Origin: an uncultured Actinomycetes bacterium
GTDB lineage: Bacteria; Actinomycetota; Acidimicrobiia; Spongiisociales; DATADW01
Assembly: GCA_963824995.1 (NCBI GenBank)
Contig: CAWGRK010000009.1
Location: 109,934 to 173,933 of the forward strand
DNA length: 64,000 bases
Direction: 5' to 3'
Below, piece after piece: positions 9,200-19,965 of the stretch; position 1 is the stretch's first letter; every line of letters starts with the position of its first letter. Below the pieces are notes generated by a model that saw only the letters and a list, made by a program, of their open reading frames with translations, had not been told where the DNA came from and made no database searches. A program made the position numbers and the translations under genes.

Positions 9200-11207
9200 A
9201 TGGCACGAAGCTCCCGCTCCGTACTCCTTTCTGTCGTAGCCGTGATGGCGGTCGCTCTGCTGATCGTCGGCGGCTACGCAATCGATCGCGCCCTACATCA
9301 GGGCAAGGTCCTGAGGAACGTCTCGGTCGGCGACGCCGATCTCTCTGGGCTCGGCCCGGCGGGGGCGGAGCGGGCTGTACTCGGCCTCGAGGATGAACTG
9401 GCGGTAAAGCCGGTTGCGGTGAACGTCCTCGACGAGACCTTCCGAATTAGCCCGATGCGATCGGTTTCCGGCTCGATACCGCCGAACTCGCCGAGCGGGC
9501 GATGCAGGTGGGTCGAGAGGCTCGATCATTCAACAGTTCCGCTGGTGGCTGTCGCACCAGTTCCGGGACGACGTGATAGCTCCGACCGGCAGCATCGACC
9601 GAAGCAGGCTCGAACCGGTATTCGACAACTGGGACAAGGACGTGGTCGGTGACCCCCCGTTCAACGGAGCCGTCCGGCTCGAAGGGACCGAGCCGACGGG
9701 CGGCTACCCCAGGAAAGGACGTGGTGTTGACCGCGACCACCTGACCACCAACCTGCTCGACCAGCTCCTTCGAAAAGACCGCGAGCCGGTCGACGCTCGG
9801 GTGATCGACATCAAGCCGCAGGTCACCAAGAGGGATGTAGACAGGGCCGTGGTCGTCGCCGAGGCGCTGCTCGCCGAACCGGTCGTCCTCTACCGGGAGG
9901 ACCCATACGCCGAGGTGATCTTTGAAAAAGCTGACCTGGCTGCTGCCTTCAGCAACCGGATCGTCGGTGGCACGAACCCCACCATCGAAGTCGGGTTCCT
10001 ACCGGACGAGGTCGCCGCCCGGCTGGAGAGTCTCCGATCCGAACTGGAGTTGCCCCCGGTCGATGCCCGGTTCATCGTCAACTCCGACGAGACGGTGGGC
10101 ATCGAGCCAGGCCATCCCGGCACGGTCATCGACCCTCGAGGCGCTGCCGACGCCCTTCGCGCGGCGGCCCTCCGGGGAAGCCGGTCGGGGGTACTTCCAT
10201 TCAGCGAGGGCGCCGAACCCGAGGTGACCACAGAGGAGCTCGAGGCTCTCGGGATCGAGCACCTCGTCTCCAAGTTCACCACCTATCACGGCTGCTGCGA
10301 GGCCCGGGTGGACAACATCCACCTCATCGCCGACGAAGTCAATGGTGCCGTCGTCCCTCCCGACGGTCAGTTCTGGCTCAACGACTATGTGGGAGAGCGA
10401 ACCGCCGAGGAGGGCTACCAAGAGGCACCGGCCATCATCGGCGGAGTGGTGGTGGACGACAATCTCGGCGGCGGCATCAGCCAGTTCACCACCACCCTTT
10501 ACAACGCAGTCTTCTGGGGCGGCTACGTGGACGTGACCCACACGCCGCATAGCTTCTGGTTCAGCCGCTACCCGCAGGGGGTCGAGGCCACGCTGTCCTG
10601 GCCCTCGCCTGACCTGGCCTTCGGCAACGACGGGAGCTGTGGGGTCCTCATCCGGACCGAGTACACCGACACGTCGATCACGGTCAGGCTCTACGGATGC
10701 AACGGCGGCAGGTCGATGGTGGGCGAGCACTTGCCGGGCGACCGTACGGCAACCGTGTACGTCGCCGCGGAGGGCAACGGAGAAGCCAAGGTAGTCGAAG
10801 CCACCACCGGAGAGCCCTACGCATTCACCGATCCGACAACCACAGTGTATGAGGGGAACAGCGGGCTCGAGCCAGGGCAAGAGCAGCGTGTGTCGGACGG
10901 AACACAGGGATTCTCGGTAGACGTGGTGCGGACGATCACCAGCCCCGACGGCAACGAGAGTGAGGTCGCGTGGACATGGCGCTACCGACCTCAGCCAATC
11001 GTGGTGCAGCGACATCCCTGCCAGCTGCCACCCGAGTCCGAGGACTACACCGGCGAGCCCTGCCCGGCGCCGCCCACGACCACGACGACACCGCCCGACA
11101 CGACCCAGCCGCCGCCGGACACCACGCAACCCCCGCCCGATACCACCGAGCCCCCGACCGTCACCACCTCCCCAGCCGGCACCACCCCACCAACGACGGC
11201 ACCCTGA
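9200..11207 (+). pseudogene. VanW/YoaR-like protein with N-terminal TM anchor and C-terminal Pro/Thr repeat; reading frame broken twice
   Basis: N-terminal anchor VLLSVVAVMAVALLIVGGY. VanW core FTTYHGCC...GGGISQFTTTLYNAVFWGG...THTPHSFWFSRYP. The protein sequence continues across three frames (ISP|DAIGFRLDTAELAERAMQVGRE|GSIIQQFRWWL), with shifts at the CCC run 9451-9453 and the GG 9519-9520. Confidence 0.7.
11091..11153 (+). repeat. 3 x 21-bp in-frame tandem repeat encoding PPPDTTQ/PPPDTTE
   Basis: Three units: ccgcccgacacgacccagccg, ccgccggacaccacgcaaccc, ccgcccgataccaccgagccc, inside the VanW-like C-terminus. Confidence 0.85.
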
Positions 11208-11362
11208 GAGAAGCGAGCGAGTGGTTCATCTGGGTTCGCTTGCACCTTCGGGCCATGTGGCGAGGCCCGGCGAGTACCCTTAGTCACGACCAAGCAAGTG
11301 AGCGTGAGTTCTGGTTTCTCTGCCGGCGTTCCGCTGCACGTTCCCGACAGAGGAGGATGGAC

Positions 11363-11569
11363 ATGGCAACCGGAACCGTGAAGTCGTTCCACGAGGACAG
11401 GGGGTTCGGGTTCTTGGCGCAAGACGGTGGCAAGGACGTCTTCTTCCATCAGAGCGCCATCACAGGCGATGCCAGACAGATCGCCGTGGGGACCAAGGTG
11501 GAATTCCGGGTCGAGGAGAGCCCGAAGGGGCCACGGGCGAGCGACGTCAGGGTCGTCACCTCTGGGTGA
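11363..11569 (+). CDS. cspA: Cold-shock protein (CspA family)
   Basis: MATGTVKSFHEDRGFGFLAQDGGKDVFFHQSAI carries the RNP1/RNP2-type motifs. AGGAGG lies 6 nt upstream of ATG 11363. About 150 nt of upstream leader. Confidence 0.9.
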   Translation: MATGTVKSFHEDRGFGFLAQDGGKDVFFHQSAITGDARQIAVGTKVEFRVEESPKGPRASDVRVVTSG

Positions 11570-11617
11570 TCTTGCCTAGGTCCCCGAGACCTCCACTACC
11601 TTCAGGTGGGCTGGTTC

Positions 11618-11654
11618 GGCCGAGGGTCGGGCGTTACACGCTGTTCCCTCGGCC
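11618..11654. terminator. Hairpin between convergent genes (GGCCGAGGG ... CCCTCGGCC)
   Basis: 9-bp perfect stem with a 19-nt loop, between the csp stop (11569) and the stop of the minus-strand gene (11667). No U-tract. Confidence 0.35.
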
Positions 11655-11666
11655 GTGCCGCGATAC

Positions 11667-12035
11667 TTACCCGGCCTCTTCCTCAGACACCTCGGCTGGC
11701 TCTGCCTCAGGCTCATCCATCGCCCCCGGTGGCTTGTTCTCCTCGTAGACGATGAAGAAGGTGCGAATCGTCTCGCCGGCGTTTGCCAGCGCCTCGTCGG
11801 TCCAGCCGTCGGGTCTGCGCACCGAGAGGGTGTTGGAGAGAACGAAGACTGAACCCAACCCATCGTCCGATTCGAGCAGGCGGCCGGCGATAGCCGCGCC
11901 AAAGGTCTCCATCCGATCGGCATCGGCCTTGGTCGTGTAGGTCTCGCCGTCCTGGCCGGTGAGCGAACGATCCATGTCGAACAGGGCAACGTCACCCAGC
12001 ACGATGCGGTCCACGACCTGAATCGGTTGACCCAC
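11667..12035 (-). CDS. Hypothetical protein (acidic C-terminal tail)
   Basis: 122-aa ORF with a coding-like composition. VFVLSNTLSVRRPDGWTDE..IRTFF weakly resembles Nfu/NifU N-terminal-type domains, so no firm assignment. Confidence 0.5.
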   Translation of the reverse strand: MGQPIQVVDRIVLGDVALFDMDRSLTGQDGETYTTKADADRMETFGAAIAGRLLESDDGLGSVFVLSNTLSVRRPDGWTDEALANAGETIRTFFIVYEENKPPGAMDEPEAEPAEVSEEEAG

Positions 12036-12065
12036 CTGACGCTCCCTTGGGTCGGCCGGCGGACT

Positions 12066-13540
12066 CTACACCGGGCCGCTCAACCCACCCATCGAACGTC
12101 CTTCACGTTGCGAGTGGACACCCCGGTCCCGCTCCCCGATCACGTGCAGCTTCATCAGGTTGGTTGAGGCCTGGCGATTGGCCGGGATCCCGGCGACCAT
12201 GACGACGCCCTCTCCCCTGGTGCACAGCCTCTCCTTCTCGAGGTACTTCTCGGCGGCGGCGATCTCGAGATCCGTATAGGCGCGCCGCTCGAAGGGAACC
12301 GCTCTCACTCCCCAGTAGAGAGCCATCCGGCGAAGCGTCGTCTCCCTGGCGGTGAAAGCCACGATGTCCGACGCCGGGCGGTACTTGGAAAGCAGGCGCG
12401 CCGTGCTCCCTGTCTCGGTGAAGGCGACGATGGTGGACAGGTCGAGATCGACGGCAGCCTCCACAGCCGACTTTGCAATGGCCGAGGCGAAGGTGGGCAC
12501 CGAGCGAAGTTCGGGGTGAGCGGTGCGCCGCTGTGGCCGGAGTCCGGTCTCGACCTCGCGGCAGATCGTGTCCATCATTCGGACAGCTTCTACTGGGTAC
12601 TTCCCGACCGCAGTCTCACCCGAGAGCATGACCGCGTCGGTGCCCTCCATTACCGCCGTAGCCACATCCGTCACCTCGGCCCGGGTCGGCCGGGGCGCCT
12701 CCACCATCGATTGCAGCATCTCGGTCGCGGTGATCGTGAGCAGACCCGCGGCGTTGGTCCGCTCGAGCATGTCTGCTTGGACGAGTGGGATCCGCTCCAG
12801 CGGCAACTCGACACCGAGATCTCCCTCGCCACCATCACCCCGTCCGCCGCCGAGAGGATGTCGTCGAGGTTCTCGTATGCCGCCGCCAACTCGACCTTGG
12901 CGATGATCGGCGTGCCCGGCTCGACCAGAGCGGCGACCTGGCGAATGTCGTCGGCGCTGCGGACGAACGACATGGCCACGAAGTCGACTCCGAGCTCGCG
13001 TCCGAAGGCGATGTCGATCATGTCCTTCTCTGTCAGCGAAGGGACCCGGAGCGTCGATCCGGGAAAGGCGACTCCCTTGTGATCGGCCAGCTCACCACCG
13101 GCCACGACAACGCAGCGAAGCCTGTCGTCCAACCGCTCCGCCACCTCGAGCCTGACCAACCCGTCTGCGACGAGCACCGAACGACCAGGAGCGACGTCCT
13201 CGAGAAGATGCTCGTAGTCCACCGGGATGTGCGAGCTGTCCCCGCTCTTTGCACCGGGGACCAGGTCGACCTGCTCGCCGCGGTCGAGCCGCACCTTGCC
13301 GTCGGGGAGGGTTCCCAGCCTGAGCTTGGGTCCTTGAATGTCCTGGAGAAGCGCGACGTTTGCCCCGGCATCGGCCGACGCCTGACGTACCCAATTGGCG
13401 AACTGGCGATGGGTGTCGTGCTCGCCATGCGAGAAGTTGAGCCGGGCAACATCGAGCCCGGCATGGATCAGCTCGCTGACTCCCGCCAGCGAGGCCACCG
13501 CGGGGCCCATCGTTGCCACGATCTTGGTCTGACGGCGCAT
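12066..13540 (-). pseudogene. pyk: Pyruvate kinase, split by one frameshift
   Basis: N-terminal ORF has KIVATMGPA, NFSHG and DGVMVAR. The C-terminal ORF resumes at LPLERIPLVQ...MLSGETAVGKYP. The expected GDLGVE is lost because the sense strand reads agggagatctc where aggggagatctc is needed (run at 12823-12825). Confidence 0.85.
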
Positions 13541-13644
13541 GGTGCCTTCGACGAGCTCCTAATCGGACGATCCTGACCGGGGCCGAGCCTACCGGTGCCC
13601 CGCGCCACCGAGGAACCACCTATCACCACCGTTACCCTGCCGCC

Positions 13645-14246
13645 GTGTCGATCATCGGGATACCGGTCAAGCCGCTGGCGGGGGCGAAGGCGAGACTCGC
13701 CGGCGAGGTGGATCCCATCACCCGTCGCCTTCTGGTTCGGTCCTGCACCGAACGGACCATGGCGCGGCACTGGCCACCGGGTCTGCGGTCGCCGTGGTGA
13801 GCGGAGACGGCGAGATCGCCGGCTTGGCCCGCGAGTGCGGAGCGGAGGTCATCCTCGAAACCGGGCCGGCTCGCGGATTGGATGCAGCCGCGGGGGCCGT
13901 GGTGGCCGCTGCGCACGGGGCTCCCTGGTTGGTGTGCCACGCCGATCTGCCCTTGATCGACGTCGCAGATCTGAGCGCCTGCCTAGACGTGGTGCGCCGC
14001 GGTCGCACCGTCCTCGCCCCGTCGTTTGACGGCGGCACCAACCTCCTCGGCGGCACCGGCCCCTTCCAGTTCTCCTACGGTCCGGGGAGCTTCCATCGCC
14101 ACCTCACCAGGGCGGTTGACCCCGAGATCGTGATCCGGATCGGGCTCACCTGGGATCTGGATCGAGCGGTTGACCTGAAGGCGATGACACGCCTTCCCGC
14201 CGGACGCTGGCTGGGCGGCATGTCGGTGCAACGGGCCGCCGGATGA
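13645..14246 (+). pseudogene. cofC: 2-phospho-L-lactate guanylyltransferase-like (CofC/FbiD), one frameshift
   Basis: N-terminus VSIIGIPVKPLAGAKARLAG (GTG 13645) is in one frame. AVAVVSGDGEIA...CHADLPL...APSFDGGTNLL is in another. The switch is near 13760-13770. Confidence 0.6.
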
Positions 14247-14977
14247 CGACGGCACCAGGTCCGCTCGCCACACCGGGTCGGGCGCTCACCATCGGCGCCC
14301 ATCCCGACGATGCCGAATTCGGCGCCGGTGGCACGATCGCCCGCTGGGCGGACGCCGGCTGCCAGGTCACGATGCTCGTCGTCACCGATGGTTCCAAAGG
14401 GACCTGGGATCCGACGCTGACCTCAGAGCAGCTGATCGACGCGCGCCGCTGCGAGCAGCGTGCCGCCGCCGACGAACTCGGGGCGGGTGACGTGGTGATG
14501 CTCGGGTCGGTGGACGGCGAACTCGAGGCCTCGGCGGCCCTACGGCGCGAGATCGCCGGTTGGATACGCCGAACCCGCCCAGAGGTCGTTTTGAGCCACG
14601 ATCCCTGGAAGCGGTACATGCTCCACCCCGACCACAGGGTCACCGGTTTCGCCGCGGTCGATGCTGTGGTGGCGGCTCGTGACCACCTCTTCTTCCCCGA
14701 GCAGTTGACCGGAGAGGTCGAGAAGCACCGGCCGGCAGCGTTGCTCCTCTGGGCAGCGGACGAACCGGATCACTTCGAGGACATCGCCGAGACCTTCGAC
14801 CGGAAAATCGCGGCGCTACTCCGCCATTCCAGCCAGACGCAAACCACGATGGGCGACGCCCTCGGTTCGGAAGAGGCGAAGCGTGGCTTCGAGGAGCGGC
14901 TCCGTGAGTGGGCGGCTCAGCAGGGAGCGCCCGCCGGGCTCGCTCTCGCCGAGTCCTTCAAGCGCCTCACACCGTGA
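14243..14977 (+). CDS. PIG-L/LmbE-family deacetylase
   Basis: ALTIGAHPDDAEFGAGGTIARW and HPDHRVTG motifs. ATGA overlap with cofC. Confidence 0.8.
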   Translation: MTTAPGPLATPGRALTIGAHPDDAEFGAGGTIARWADAGCQVTMLVVTDGSKGTWDPTLTSEQLIDARRCEQRAAADELGAGDVVMLGSVDGELEASAALRREIAGWIRRTRPEVVLSHDPWKRYMLHPDHRVTGFAAVDAVVAARDHLFFPEQLTGEVEKHRPAALLLWAADEPDHFEDIAETFDRKIAALLRHSSQTQTTMGDALGSEEAKRGFEERLREWAAQQGAPAGLALAESFKRLTP

Positions 14978-14987
14978 GGCGCTTGGC

Positions 14988-16179
<1,192 letters not shown>

Positions 16180-16334
16180 GGCCTTCCTCCAGTCAGGCTC
16201 GCCCCGCGGCGAAAGCTAACACCACTTGCGCGGGTGTGTCGTCGCACCGCACACTTCGGGTCGGCCTGACCTGCCGGCGAGCCGGCTGCGACGTAACCTG
16301 TGGCCCCAGTTAGTGGAACCTGGCAGGAGGAAGA

Positions 16335-17045
16335 TTGAGAGACACGCCCACCGTGGTCATCACCGGCGGTACCGGCGGCCTTGGGACCGCGCTGGTCAAG
16401 AGATTGGCCAAGGGGACCGCACGGATGGCCGTGACATACCTCATACCGGCCGAGGCCGAGGCCTTCGAGCGACAGGTAGAACTCGAAGACGACCGCCTGC
16501 TGCTGCGACGTGTGGACGCCAACGACTCCGAGCAGGTGGCTGCATTCGTCAAGGCGACCGCAGACAAATTCGGGTCGATCGACGCACTGTGTTCGCTCGT
16601 GGGTGGCTGGGCCGGCGCCCGCGACGTCGAGGAGACCGATGACCTCCGGTTCGACCGGATGCTCGACCTCAACCTGCGCTCGGCCTTCATCGCGGTCCGG
16701 GCCGCCCTTCCCTACCTCCGGAAGGCCGGGGTGGGCCGGATCATCCTTATGGGGAGCAGGGCCGCTGCCGATACCCCCTCCGGACAAGTCGCCTTCAATA
16801 TCGCCAAGGCGGGCGTGGTTGCCCTGGCCAAGACGGTCGCATCCGAACTCGACCAGACCGACGTGACCGCCAACGTGCTCATGCCGTCTGTGATCGACAC
16901 CCCGGCGACGAGGGCGGCGCTTCCCTACGCCGACTACGTCTCCTGGCCCACCCCCGACGAGATCGCAGCAGTGATCGAATACCTGCTCTCCCCCGGCTCA
17001 CAGGTGATCAACGGAGCAGACATACCGGTATACGGGCATACGTAG
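16335..17045 (+). CDS. Short-chain dehydrogenase/reductase family protein (atypical: Phe at catalytic Tyr position)
   Basis: TTG start 5 nt after GGAGGA. Motifs VVITGGTGGLGTAL and NVLMPSVIDTP. The YxxxK position reads AFNIAK (ttc 16794-16796). Confidence 0.8.
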   Translation: MRDTPTVVITGGTGGLGTALVKRLAKGTARMAVTYLIPAEAEAFERQVELEDDRLLLRRVDANDSEQVAAFVKATADKFGSIDALCSLVGGWAGARDVEETDDLRFDRMLDLNLRSAFIAVRAALPYLRKAGVGRIILMGSRAAADTPSGQVAFNIAKAGVVALAKTVASELDQTDVTANVLMPSVIDTPATRAALPYADYVSWPTPDEIAAVIEYLLSPGSQVINGADIPVYGHT

Positions 17046-17073
17046 CTCACTCGCTGCGCTCGCTCGCGGTTGT

Positions 17074-17097
17074 GGGTAGTGGGTTATGGGTTTTGGG
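17074..17097 (+). repeat. Canonical G-quadruplex tract GGGtagtGGGttatGGGttttGGG (period 7)
   Basis: Four G3 runs at 17074, 17081, 17088 and 17095 with 4-nt loops. It lies 29 nt after the SDR stop and overlaps the last codons and stop of the convergent FMN reductase gene. Confidence 0.8.
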
Positions 17098-17779
17098 TAT
17101 CGGTGAGTGAGCCACCGGCGGCGAGTCTCATCATGTCTGAGTCGAAGTCGATTCCGTCGTCGGAGACCGCGGCGCTCCCGAACTCGTGACGGTATCGGCT
17201 CCAGGAGATGTCTCTCACCTGCTTCGAGAACTCGCTCTCCATGAGAAGGACCAGTTCCATCGCGGCGCGGTCGATGCGTGAGCCCAACTCGCCGTCGTTC
17301 CAGTCTTCCGCCGCGGCGAACAGGGAGGTGGGGACGGTCAAGGTACGCAGGTAGGCGAACATGGGACGCATCTGACCGTCGACGACGAGGGCGTGTCGCG
17401 GGGAAGCGGCGGTGGCGGCGAGTATCACCGGCTTGGCTATGAGCAGGTCGTCGTCGATGGCCTGGAAGAACGAGGTGAACAGACCGCTGGGCCCTGCGTT
17501 GTACACAGGTGTGCTGACGATCAATCCGTCCGCCTCGCCCAGGGCGGACACCGCTTGCAACAGACCTCCGCTGATGACGCCGGTGGTCAACGCAGATGTG
17601 ATCTCACCGGCGAAACGGCGAAGATCGATCTGAACAGCCTCCACCTCCCGTCCACGACTGTCCGCAGCTTCGACCGTGGCGTTGGCGGTCCGGTCGGCCA
17701 ACAACCTGGTGGATGACGACTCAGATGATCCTGCCGTGACAACGGCGACCGCCAGCGGTGCTCTGGCTTGGGAAGTCAT
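17084..17779 (-). CDS. NADPH-dependent FMN reductase family protein
   Basis: VAVVTAGSSESSSTRLL...LIVSTPVYNAGPSGLFTSFF is flavodoxin-like SsuE/MsuE-type. It sits directly downstream of the MarR and LLM monooxygenase genes. Confidence 0.75.
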   Translation of the reverse strand: MTSQARAPLAVAVVTAGSSESSSTRLLADRTANATVEAADSRGREVEAVQIDLRRFAGEITSALTTGVISGGLLQAVSALGEADGLIVSTPVYNAGPSGLFTSFFQAIDDDLLIAKPVILAATAASPRHALVVDGQMRPMFAYLRTLTVPTSLFAAAEDWNDGELGSRIDRAAMELVLLMESEFSKQVRDISWSRYRHEFGSAAVSDDGIDFDSDMMRLAAGGSLTDTQNP

Positions 17780-17781
17780 GG

Positions 17782-18252
17782 CTATATCTCGCCTCGCCGT
17801 TCGCCCGGCTCAGCCAACGTCTGGCAGATCTCGCCAAGCTCGACGAGCTGGGCATTGCTCAGAACGGTGGTCATGGCTCTGGCAACGCTCCGGGCATGAC
17901 GGCGCCCTATCCGACGCTGTGTGGCGAGACCCTCCCCGGTCAGTGAGAGCAGAACGCCCCTGGCGTCGGTCGGGTCGGTCTCCCTACGAACGAGGTCACG
18001 GCCCGCCAGCCTGTCAACCATCCGGGACAGGGCGGGCTGACTGAGCAAGACGTGTCGCTGCAGGTCGCCAAGTCGAATCGGTTGCGAACACTTCGACAGC
18101 GTGTAGAGAACGTCGTACTCCCTGATCGACACCTCGACCCAGATCTCCTCGTCGACGAATCGTTTCATCAGCGAGGTGTGGGCCGTGAGCAGAGACTCCC
18201 AGGCCTCGTTGGCGAGGCGTGTCGATCCCCTGGTGGTGATGTCGGCGCTCAC
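17782..18252 (-). CDS. MarR-family transcriptional regulator
   Basis: Winged-helix core YDVLYTLSK..IRLGDLQRHVLLSQPALSRMVDRLAGRDLVRRETDPTDARGVLLSLT. GTG start. Confidence 0.85.
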   Translation of the reverse strand: MSADITTRGSTRLANEAWESLLTAHTSLMKRFVDEEIWVEVSIREYDVLYTLSKCSQPIRLGDLQRHVLLSQPALSRMVDRLAGRDLVRRETDPTDARGVLLSLTGEGLATQRRIGRRHARSVARAMTTVLSNAQLVELGEICQTLAEPGERRGEI

Positions 18253-18434
18253 GGCGTGGGGTAGGTCGCGGCCAGTGTCGAGTCGGTGTCCTGGTAGGGA
18301 GACCCGCCGGTCACGTTGTCACCCCGGTTGGCGTTGGGGCGGGGCTGCCGGGGTTCGGAGTCCCCATACTTGGCTTTGACAAGGCTCTGATGAGTTGGAG
18401 CCGGTACGGACTCGGGGTCACGGCCTCTGGCCAT
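18249..18434 (-). CDS. Possible small disordered protein (61 aa)
   Basis: The ORF fills the LLM-MarR gap. Its stop overlaps the MarR GTG (GTGA), and third-position G/C is high in its 3' half. No recognisable domain. Confidence 0.3.
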   Translation of the reverse strand: MARGRDPESVPAPTHQSLVKAKYGDSEPRQPRPNANRGDNVTGGSPYQDTDSTLAATYPTP

Positions 18435-19438
18435 CTCCTTCCGTCAGAACCGGGACTACCTCCCCTCCCAACAGCTCCAACTGTTCGAGGGCCCTGCTCA
18501 GCGGCAGACCGGCGTGATCAACGAGAAACAGCTGGCGCTGGTAGTCGCCGAAGTGCTCGCGGAATGTCAGAGTCTTCTCGATCACCTCTTGAGGGCTGCC
18601 CACAGTCAGCGGTGTTGCCTTCGTGAACTCTTCGAGCGACGGGCCATGCCCGTATACGGGCGCCTCGTCGAAGTAGGGGCGGAACTCAGCCACCGCGTCC
18701 TGTGACCGGCGGGCGATGTAGGCCTGACCTCCGAGACCGACGATGGCCTGCTTCTCCGATCCGTGCCCGTAGTGGGCAAAACGCTGCCGGTAGAAACCGA
18801 CCAGGCGCATGAAATGCTCCTTCGGCCAGAAGATGTTGTTGGCGAAGAACCCGTCCCCGTAATAGGCAGCCTGCTCGGCTATCTCCGGAGTACGGATCGA
18901 CCCGTGCCACACGAACGGCGGGACATCATCGAGAGGCCGCGGCACCGAAGTGAAACCCTGCAACGGCGTCCGAAACCTGCCCTCCCAGTCGACCACGTCC
19001 TCCCGCCACAACCGGTGCAGCAGGTTGTAGTTCTCCAGCGCCAGACGGAAGTCCCTGGCGGATGTCCTGACCGAACCACGGATACACCGGAGCCGTGTTT
19101 CCCCGACCCAACATCAGGTCCACCCGCCCTCTCGCCAGGTGCTGCAACATCGCATACTCCTCGGCGATACGCACCGGGTCGTTCGTCGTTATCAGCGTTG
19201 TCGCCGTACTGACGATCAGTCTCTTGGTGGACGCTGCGACATAGGCGAGCAGCGTCGTCGGCGAAGAGGAGAAGAAGGGCGGATTGTGATGCTCACCGAT
19301 GGCGAACACATCGAGACCCACCTCCTCGGTCTTCACGGCCAGCTTGACCACAGCATCGATCCTCTCCGCCTCGCTGGGCGTGTAGCCCGAAACCGGATCG
19401 CGGGTGATGTCACTGACCGAGAACACACCGAACTGCAT
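18418..19438 (-). pseudogene. Luciferase-like (LLM class) flavin-dependent monooxygenase, one frameshift
   Basis: N-terminus MQFGVFSVSDITRDP...AIGEHHNPPF is in ORF 18926..19567. DFRLALENYNLLHRLWREDVVDWEG... is in the frame of ORF 18418..19011. The break is at the CCC run 19053-19055. Confidence 0.8.
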
Positions 19439-19462
19439 GACGACCTTTCTGGTACCAAGCTG

Positions 19463-19482
19463 ATATATGCAAGCGCATATAT
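19463..19482. promoter_or_regulatory. AT-rich palindrome ATATATGC-aagc-GCATATAT, candidate operator
   Basis: Perfect 8-bp inverted repeat, 25-44 nt upstream of the LLM monooxygenase ATG, in an AT-rich patch within an otherwise GC-rich sequence. A MarR gene lies in the same operon. Confidence 0.4.
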
Positions 19483-19544
19483 AGTAACGCCTAGATACGC
19501 CCAGTATTCCTGAGGCTCGCTCAGGCTCGCTTCGCTCGGGGGCG

Positions 19545-19569
19545 GCAGACGGCAGACGGCGGCCCAACC
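19545..19569 (-). repeat. Heptamer-repeat element copy E2 (GGTTGGGCCGC CGTCTGC CGTCTGC on minus strand)
   Basis: Read directly from the sequence. Flanked by GCTCGCT-type short repeats (19511-19538). Confidence 0.65.
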
Positions 19570-19602
19570 ACGACAGCGCGCTTCTGGGTTCTTGGGGGGT
19601 GC

Positions 19603-19665
19603 CCGAGGGGGCGGTTCCGCCAGCCCCCTCGGCCCTGATCGGGCTGGCGTGTACAGCCCGATCAG
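19603..19665 (-). terminator. Two tandem perfect hairpins downstream of the tRNA-Gln/tRNA-Glu pair
   Basis: CCGAGGGGGC/GCCCCCTCGG (19603-19632) and CTGATCGGGCT/AGCCCGATCAG (19635-19665). They lie 66 nt past the tRNA-Glu 3' end. No U-tract. Confidence 0.45.
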
Positions 19666-19730
19666 CACAAATGAGCGCGGCGAAGCCGCTCGATATTGAA
19701 ATGCCCGGCGGCCTGCCGCCGGGCAGAGAG

Positions 19731-19803
19731 CAGTCCCGACCGGATTCGAACCGGCGTTACCGGCTTGAGAGGCCGGCGTCCTAGGCCACTAGACGACGGG
19801 ACC
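19731..19803 (-). tRNA. tRNA-Glu (anticodon CTC)
   Basis: Minus strand reads GGTCCCGTCGTCTAGTGGCCTAGGACGCCGGCCTCTCAAGCCGGTAACGCCGGTTCGAATCCGGTCGGGACTG. It folds as a cloverleaf with anticodon loop CTCTCAA and a GTTCGAATC T-loop. No encoded CCA. Confidence 0.9.
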
Positions 19804-19830
19804 GGGTGGCGGGCGTTGTGATCCCGCCGG

Positions 19831-19902
19831 CTCGGGGGGAAGGACTCGAACCCTCAATAACAGGGCCAGAACCTGTCGTGTTGCCTATTACACCACCCCC
19901 GA
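19831..19902 (-). tRNA. tRNA-Gln (anticodon CTG)
   Basis: Minus strand reads TCGGGGGTGGTGTAATAGGCAACACGACAGGTTCTGGCCCTGTTATTGAGGGTTCGAGTCCTTCCCCCCGAG. It has a U1-A72 acceptor pair and anticodon loop TTCTGGC. Confidence 0.9.
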
Positions 19903-19965
19903 AGGGTCATCGAACCTACCGCCGCCACCGTGGATTTGGCAAACGGCTCGAAGGCTTCATCGATT

